Shown here piece by piece: positions 58,137 through 64,000 of a DNA stretch of 64,000 nt. Origin of the DNA: Schmidtea nova (taxonomy: Eukaryota); the NCBI GenBank assembly GCA_044892505.1, contig CM097882.1, positions 183,520,001-183,584,000 of the forward strand, read 5' to 3'. The notes below the pieces were generated by a model. That model saw nothing but the letters and a program-made list of their open reading frames with translations, was not told where the DNA came from and did no database searches. Within the stretch, counting starts at the first letter, position 1. Each line of letters opens with the position of its first letter. The translations under genes were made by a program, and so were the position numbers.

Positions 58137-58637
58137 NNNNNNNNNNNNNNNNNNNNNNNNNNNNNNNNNNNNNNNNNNNNNNNNNNNNNNNNNNNNNNNN
58201 NNNNNNNNNNNNNNNNNNNNNNNNNNNNNNNNNNNNNNNNNNNNNNNNNNNNNNNNNNNNNNNNNNNNNNNNNNNNNNNNNNNNNNNNNNNNNNNNTAGC
58301 AGCATTGATTATTAAATAAATTAATAAATAAGTAACAAAATAAGCCTTTGCTGCAAAATCAATTTTATTAAGTGAGAAGATTTTCGATTATAAAATAATC
58401 CTCGTCAATCTCTAATTCGGCATAAAACTGGTACATTCATTCATTCTGCTATTTTTTTCTCGTGAAATATCTTCCTTTTCATTGGATATTAATCTTATTA
58501 ATACAAATTTAAATTGTTTTCTAAATGTCTTTTCTTAAAAATCTAAAATATAAAATTTAAAAAATCATTTTTAAATTTTTTTTTCAAATAAATATATTCA
58601 TCCCTTTTTAAAATTATTAACATTATTATAATTATTT

Positions 58638-58811
58638 TCAATAATTCTCATAATGATGACTATAGATCAAACAAAAACTTTTTTTTATAAACAATAACAC
58701 AATATTTCGGCACAGCCTTTACATACACACTTCATAAAGGCTGTGCCGAAATATTGTGTTATTGTTTATAAAAAGAATTTGATCTATAGTCATCATTATG
58801 AGAATTATTGA
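58638..58811. repeat. Fold-back palindrome (MITE-like), 13-nt loop
   Basis: Perfect inner arms ending ...CGGCACAGCCTTTA / TAAAGGCTGTGCCG...; outer arms TCAATAATTCTCATAATGATGACTATAGATCAAA and its complement. Confidence 0.85.
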
Positions 58812-58949
58812 TAATAATAATAAAAAAGATCAAAGGTGAAAAAAGATAATTATGATATTATTATAATTATCAATATTATTATTATTAATAATATTATTGT
58901 TGAAATTGAAATTATAATTTTTTATATTAATATAATAATTATTATTATT

Positions 58950-59600
58950 ATTAGCAAAGAATCCATGAAAGTTTAAATGAAAAACATTGAAGAATACTGA
59001 CATCAAACACCAGTGGTAACTGGATTGTTATAATATCAGCATAAAGATTTTACTACCACAATGTTGGTACAGATAAACATCATATACGTTTTTTTACTAT
59101 TGGAAAAGCATAAAGCAGCCTTGATGAACTGATATGATAAAAGGCTTTAGGTGCGGAAGGATGAAAATCCTGCATATGAATATTTTAATCGATCTAACTC
59201 GTTAATAGACCAATCAAAAATTATATAAGCGGTACAGATCAAGATCCACCGCTTAATTCAAATTATATATTAAATTCATATTTAAAATGAATAAAACTTT
59301 GTTAGAAATAATTTGTTTAATTGTATTTAGTTTTATATTTCTTTAGTTTATTATGTTTAATAATTTTCAAAGATTTTTGTGTTGTTAAGATTTGACTCGG
59401 TCTGCTTTTATCATTTGAGTTTTTCATCTTGATTAGTGTAATACTTTTAAGATTTGTTTCTATAATTTTTTATTTAATGTAAAATAATTATGTCTGTTTA
59501 CAAATAATAATAAATTTCATTCGCTCTTGCAGTTTCCCTCTGTTGAATCGTCTTTATATCTTTCGAAAACTCTCACAATTCTCATTTTAATAATTATTTA
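58950..59600 (+). pseudogene. Decayed Maverick PolB C-terminus and downstream region
   Basis: 59200-59400 aligns by eye with 35020-35220; degraded KHQ/HHI/DDKR/AY motifs upstream. Confidence 0.7.
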
Positions 59601-60283
59601 ATTTTATTCTTTTGTTTTATCCTCGACAATTAATATAAAGTTGGGTGTATAAGTTAAAAATTATTTGTTTTTAATAAGTTTCGGAATTAATTCCCTCTTC
59701 TTTTATACTAGCTTTGGGTATACAACACTATAATTTCTAGTAATCAATCTATTTTAATATATGAGGGTTACCTAGAATATATTTACAATGTCATATCTAC
59801 CTATAAATTAATGGTTTTCCAATTTTAAAAATGGACAAATTTAATTTATTCGAAGAAAGCTCATATTCGGTGCAACCTTTATAAATGTTAATTTGTTTTG
59901 ACTCATTATTTTACAAATTATAACATATAAATTTCTTAAATTATATTAAAATGGATCGTATTTTTTATCATTTTAAGGCAAATTTTAATCAGAAATAAAT
60001 CACGAAATTTTAATTAATGAAAGTTCTCTAAAGTCATATAAAGTTATGAAATAAAATGTAAATTTAATTATATTATATTACATTTTGGCATTTGGAGATT
60101 TAAGAATTTGTAGAAACATATATTTACTTTTGTATTTTTCAGACAATGTGTATTCAATAGTTGTCAAAACCTGTTTTCATGTATTTATTTAAAATATTGC
60201 ATTTCCTGTCTAATCTTCAAAATTTTAATTAAATTAGGCTTTATTTATGTTGAATTATTTTAAAAAAATTTCAAATATTTATA

Positions 60284-60760
60284 CATAGGAGGCTATGAGG
60301 AGTCTGTCTCAATATCTCATGTATGTATATTATATAATCGCTCGGGGTTTAAATAGCACACATGATTACGTGGTCATTATGCAATGTTTGTGTTTGTATG
60401 GAACACTTGTAATACTTCTCGGCCTTTCCCAAAGTACGCAAGTTATGATGTCATATTTACGCAACTGATTGAATAATTTAAATTACAAATAATTTACCAT
60501 TTCAAGAGGTTTCCCCCGGACCGTTGAAATAATTTGTTATCTAAAATAAAAGTTTAAATTAATAATAAATATTACAAATTAAATTTGTTTAAATTAATTA
60601 TTGCCTTAAAATGCGTTTATTTAAAAATAATAACAAATGTTTTTCTAAAGATTTACTAAAACACTATTACTAATTTAACTAAACATTATTTAAATTATTA
60701 GTTTCCACTGAAATACAAAATGTTTCCTAAAATAATCACTTAAAATTTAATTAATTAAAG
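60284..60760. mobile_element. Inverted, deleted copy of the 2100-4456 family terminus
   Basis: TAGGAGGCTATGAGG resembles the complement of the 4456 end; ATAGCACACATGATTACG; CCCCCGGACCGTTGAAA block matches the reverse complement of 3000-3190. Confidence 0.55.
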
Positions 60761-61569
60761 TATGAAGCTTTGGCAGATATAAACCATCACAAAAGAGGTT
60801 CTGCTATTAAAGGTTCATACTGTATTTTCACTCATATACCATTATTGTTACATTTTTATCACTTTTATCCAATAGCAGAACCTCTTTTGTGATGGGTTTT
60901 TTTTGGCTTAAAGCTTATTACTCACAAATATTTATTATTGTTACAATCAACCTTATTCTTTAGCATAACCCATTATGAGCTTCTTTTAATTGCATTACCA
61001 TAATGTTTCAGTTTTATTCAGTAACAGACCCAAATTGTGATAGATTTAAAAGCTTCTTACTTGAACATACATTTCACAATATTTGCATATATTTTCCTAA
61101 TAATTCAATGTAATTTCTGATGTGTGTTATGACTTTCTATATATTTTTGATATTTTGTCTGTATCTTTGATGATTTTCTATGTATTTTCTATGTTATCAC
61201 ACTATAGAATGATAACATTTTGTGAATATATTTCATATGTGATGATATTTTTATATATTTTTATATTTTTTGTGAATTCTTTGCATTTTAGTGTAATGAT
61301 ATTCTGCATGTATGTGTGTTGATTTTTTATGTATGTGATGATATTTTATGTGTTTTTCACTATAGTGTGACGATATTTTTTGTGTATCATAAATTTCTAT
61401 ATATTTAGTGTGTTTGTGCTATGTGTAAGAATACTTTTTGTGTGTATGTTTGTACTATAGTGTAAAATTATTTGTGTGTAATGATTTCTATAGTATGACA
61501 ATATTTCATTTTTATTTACCTGTCTAGTCTCATGTGATTTTATTCAATGCTTTTCGTTATTATTTATCA

Positions 61570-61960
61570 TAGTAACAGAACCTTGGCAGCAGAACCTTTG
61601 ATAGCAAAACCTTTGGTAAAAGAATCTTTATAGCAGACCATTTGGTAACAGAACCTATTTTATGATGGATGTTGAGCTTAAAAGCTTATTTTCAAATCAA
61701 TCTCTGATCATATAAATTTCACTATACATTTGATAATGACCACAATAATAATGCTACCCTGCTAGAAATGGTAATGTCACTCAGTAAACTATCAATTTAA
61801 CACATATTAAATAAGACAATGACTGTTTACTCTGATTTACTTCAACAAATGTAATTCGTTTGCAAAACTAACAAAGTTAATGAGTACCAAAACCCTAGTA
61901 GCAGAACCTTTAGTAACATAATCTTTAATAACAAAACCTCTTTTGTTATGGTTTTTTGGC
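61570..61960 (+). repeat. Degenerate 15-bp repeats (AGCAGAACCTTTGAT-like), with a related 25-bp inverted pair at 60784-60808/60871-60895
   Basis: Read directly; could be a decayed xxEPL pentapeptide coding repeat. Confidence 0.55.
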
Positions 61961-64000
61961 TTAAATATATGTATTAAATATTTTATCAAATTATATTTAA
62001 TAATTAAATATGTATAAATAATGAGTATATATACCATTTATTTTTCATTTAATTTTAGAATGTCAAATTTAACACCAAATGATAAATTATTATTATATCA
62101 TTTTAAAATCTATTTTTAGAAAAACTGATGCAAATTTTAATATCCAAGATGGGTGAGCTATATAAATTAAAAGATATGATATATATGGCTCTATAAATTA
62201 TACCATTTTAAATATAGAAGTCAACTGGGATCGATCTGAATGTTATTTTAATGAATACTTTAAAAACGATTGATGAGGCAGTACTGTATGTGTTAGAAGA
62301 TGGGCGTAGAATAAGGGTTTTAAAATTAAAATATTATACAGTAGAAAATGGAATGTACAGGATAAATATACATGTGGATCAGATGGCAATGACAATTCAA
62401 TAATCAATGGAAAATATCAACTTCAACGACATTATGATTTTAGTGATTTTATATGATGATATTTTACTGTTGATCTCATTTGACTTTTGTTTTATGATGA
62501 TGAAAATTATGTGATTAAGCTGTGATTATCTGGCAATTTTTATTTTTATGGGATAATTTTATTTTGTTTCTGTTAATAAAATATTGTTGACAATTAATTT
62601 TTGTAATGACAATTTATCAGCATGACAATTTAAAATTTGACAATTTATCATTAGTGATATTGCGAACATGTATTGATATTTTTTATGGTGATGGACAAAA
62701 TTTTATGTAATTTTGAAAAAATATTTTGTTTTAAAAATATTTTATGTAAAAAATAATTTTTTAACTATTTGGAAAATGGATTATATTTTGATTTATAATT
62801 TAATATTTTAATTCAATAAATAATAATAATAATAAAATAAATAAATAATACAGATTGTTTAAATAAATTAAAAATAAATAAATTACTGTTTGTTTAAAGA
62901 AATTATTTTATGACCTACAAGGTCAGAAAAATGAAATAATATCTCAAGGTTAAAAAATAATTTTGAAAACAATTCTGTTTTGAAAACAACTCTATTTTCA
63001 AAAACAATTTCAATCAACTCAATAGGCAAAATAACTATCATTATTGACAGATTAAGTGCCTTAAAATTTAGTATATAAACTGACTGATTTTTCAGTCAAA
63101 TCACCCATAAAATCTTTGCGTAAGAAGAATTTCATAGTTGTTATCGACTATTGAAATAATAATTTCGAGCATACAAGATATCGAGTTCAGAAGGCATTCA
63201 CACATACACACGCATACATATATATTTACACATTATAGGAACAACATTGTGAATCTGTAATATTTTTTTGGTAATTTGTATTTGTTGTATTTGAATAAAT
63301 TCTTTGAACCAGTGTTATCTTATTTATTTATATAAGATACCAAGTTGAGATTCTGGGAACCTCAACATACGTGAAAGCTGCATGGATCAAGATTGATTAT
63401 GTTACTTGATATATGAACGTGTTTTTATAATAATTTTAATATTTGTTAATTTTAAATTAAGAGTAACATAAATTACAATCATTTTAAATTTATTTTTATT
63501 TCTGGAATAAAAATAATAAATCTGATAAAAGTAGTTATTTTTAAAATAATTATGAATAATTAATAAAACAATTATATTGTTGAGAATACCTAAATAATAA
63601 ATTGATGAATAAACAAATAAAATTACTTGGGGAAAAATCATCATGAAGAAGGAGAGGTCAATGAGAACACGAAAAAGAAAACGGAAATAAAAAGAAATGA
63701 GAAAGAGGAATCAAACAAAAGAAATCAGACAAGAAAACAAGAATAAAGGTCAGCACTAATTAAGTACTGAAGGAAAATCAAAATCGGGAAAAACAGAATC
63801 AACAACAATGTACTTATCTCGACAGCTGCAGAAAAAGTGGTGAAATTATGTGGAGGAAAAAATGGGAAATGAGAGATAAACTTAAGTGCCACAAAGTGAT
63901 GGGGTATAAAATGAGGAATCACAGCAGAAGCAGACAGAAAAATGTTAGAGAAAACATTTTAGAGGAGAATATTGCTAGAGAGAACTTTTTAGAAGAGAAC

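Larger units (their letters stand above)
3727..58296. other. Assembly gaps: 3727-3962, 48705-48835, 49549-49895, 55903-56056, 58137-58296
   Basis: Runs of N. None lies inside the LTR element. Confidence 0.99.

Noticed and set aside
3668-58319. Track ORFs containing long X runs
   Set aside because: Artefacts of reading through N gaps.
63640-64000. Purine-rich segment resembling another A-rich retroelement
   Set aside because: Stops in the frames examined, no motif, and cut off by the window edge.

Overview
AT-rich eukaryotic genomic DNA with five N gaps, made almost entirely of nested mobile elements; no host gene could be supported. The host is probably a planarian-like flatworm (inference from the giant LTR element, its TRAF cargo and the Maverick density). 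The centrepiece is a complete, very young 38.1-kb LTR element (9673-47774) with 2794-bp near-identical LTRs, a CATA target-site duplication and a tRNA-Pro-type PBS. After removing an insertion it is 24.5 kb and encodes one ~4080-codon polyprotein in the order Gag(CA, 3 knuckles) - ubiquitin-like domains - Bcl-2-like - class III (chuvirus/gB-like) Env - retropepsin - ankyrins - four FN3-like repeats + TM, with no recognisable RT, RNase H or integrase. It also carries an IAP-type RING gene, a full-length TRAF, three further accessory ORFs laid out like an operon, a gene inside the LTR and two arrays of covarying hairpins in the LTR. The polyprotein is split by a 13.6-kb Maverick/Polinton derivative (6-bp TSD GTCATG, AGT...ACT ends) that is a giant palindrome: two 6.5-kb inverted arms, each with a nonsense-inactivated protein-primed PolB, and no integrase, ATPase or capsid genes. 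The flanks hold further Maverick termini and relics, a Tc1/IS630 deletion derivative, an intact Buster-type hAT, a piggyBac relic, a DD39D mariner relic with a Stowaway-like TIR and a fold-back MITE. All domain calls are by eye, without database searches.
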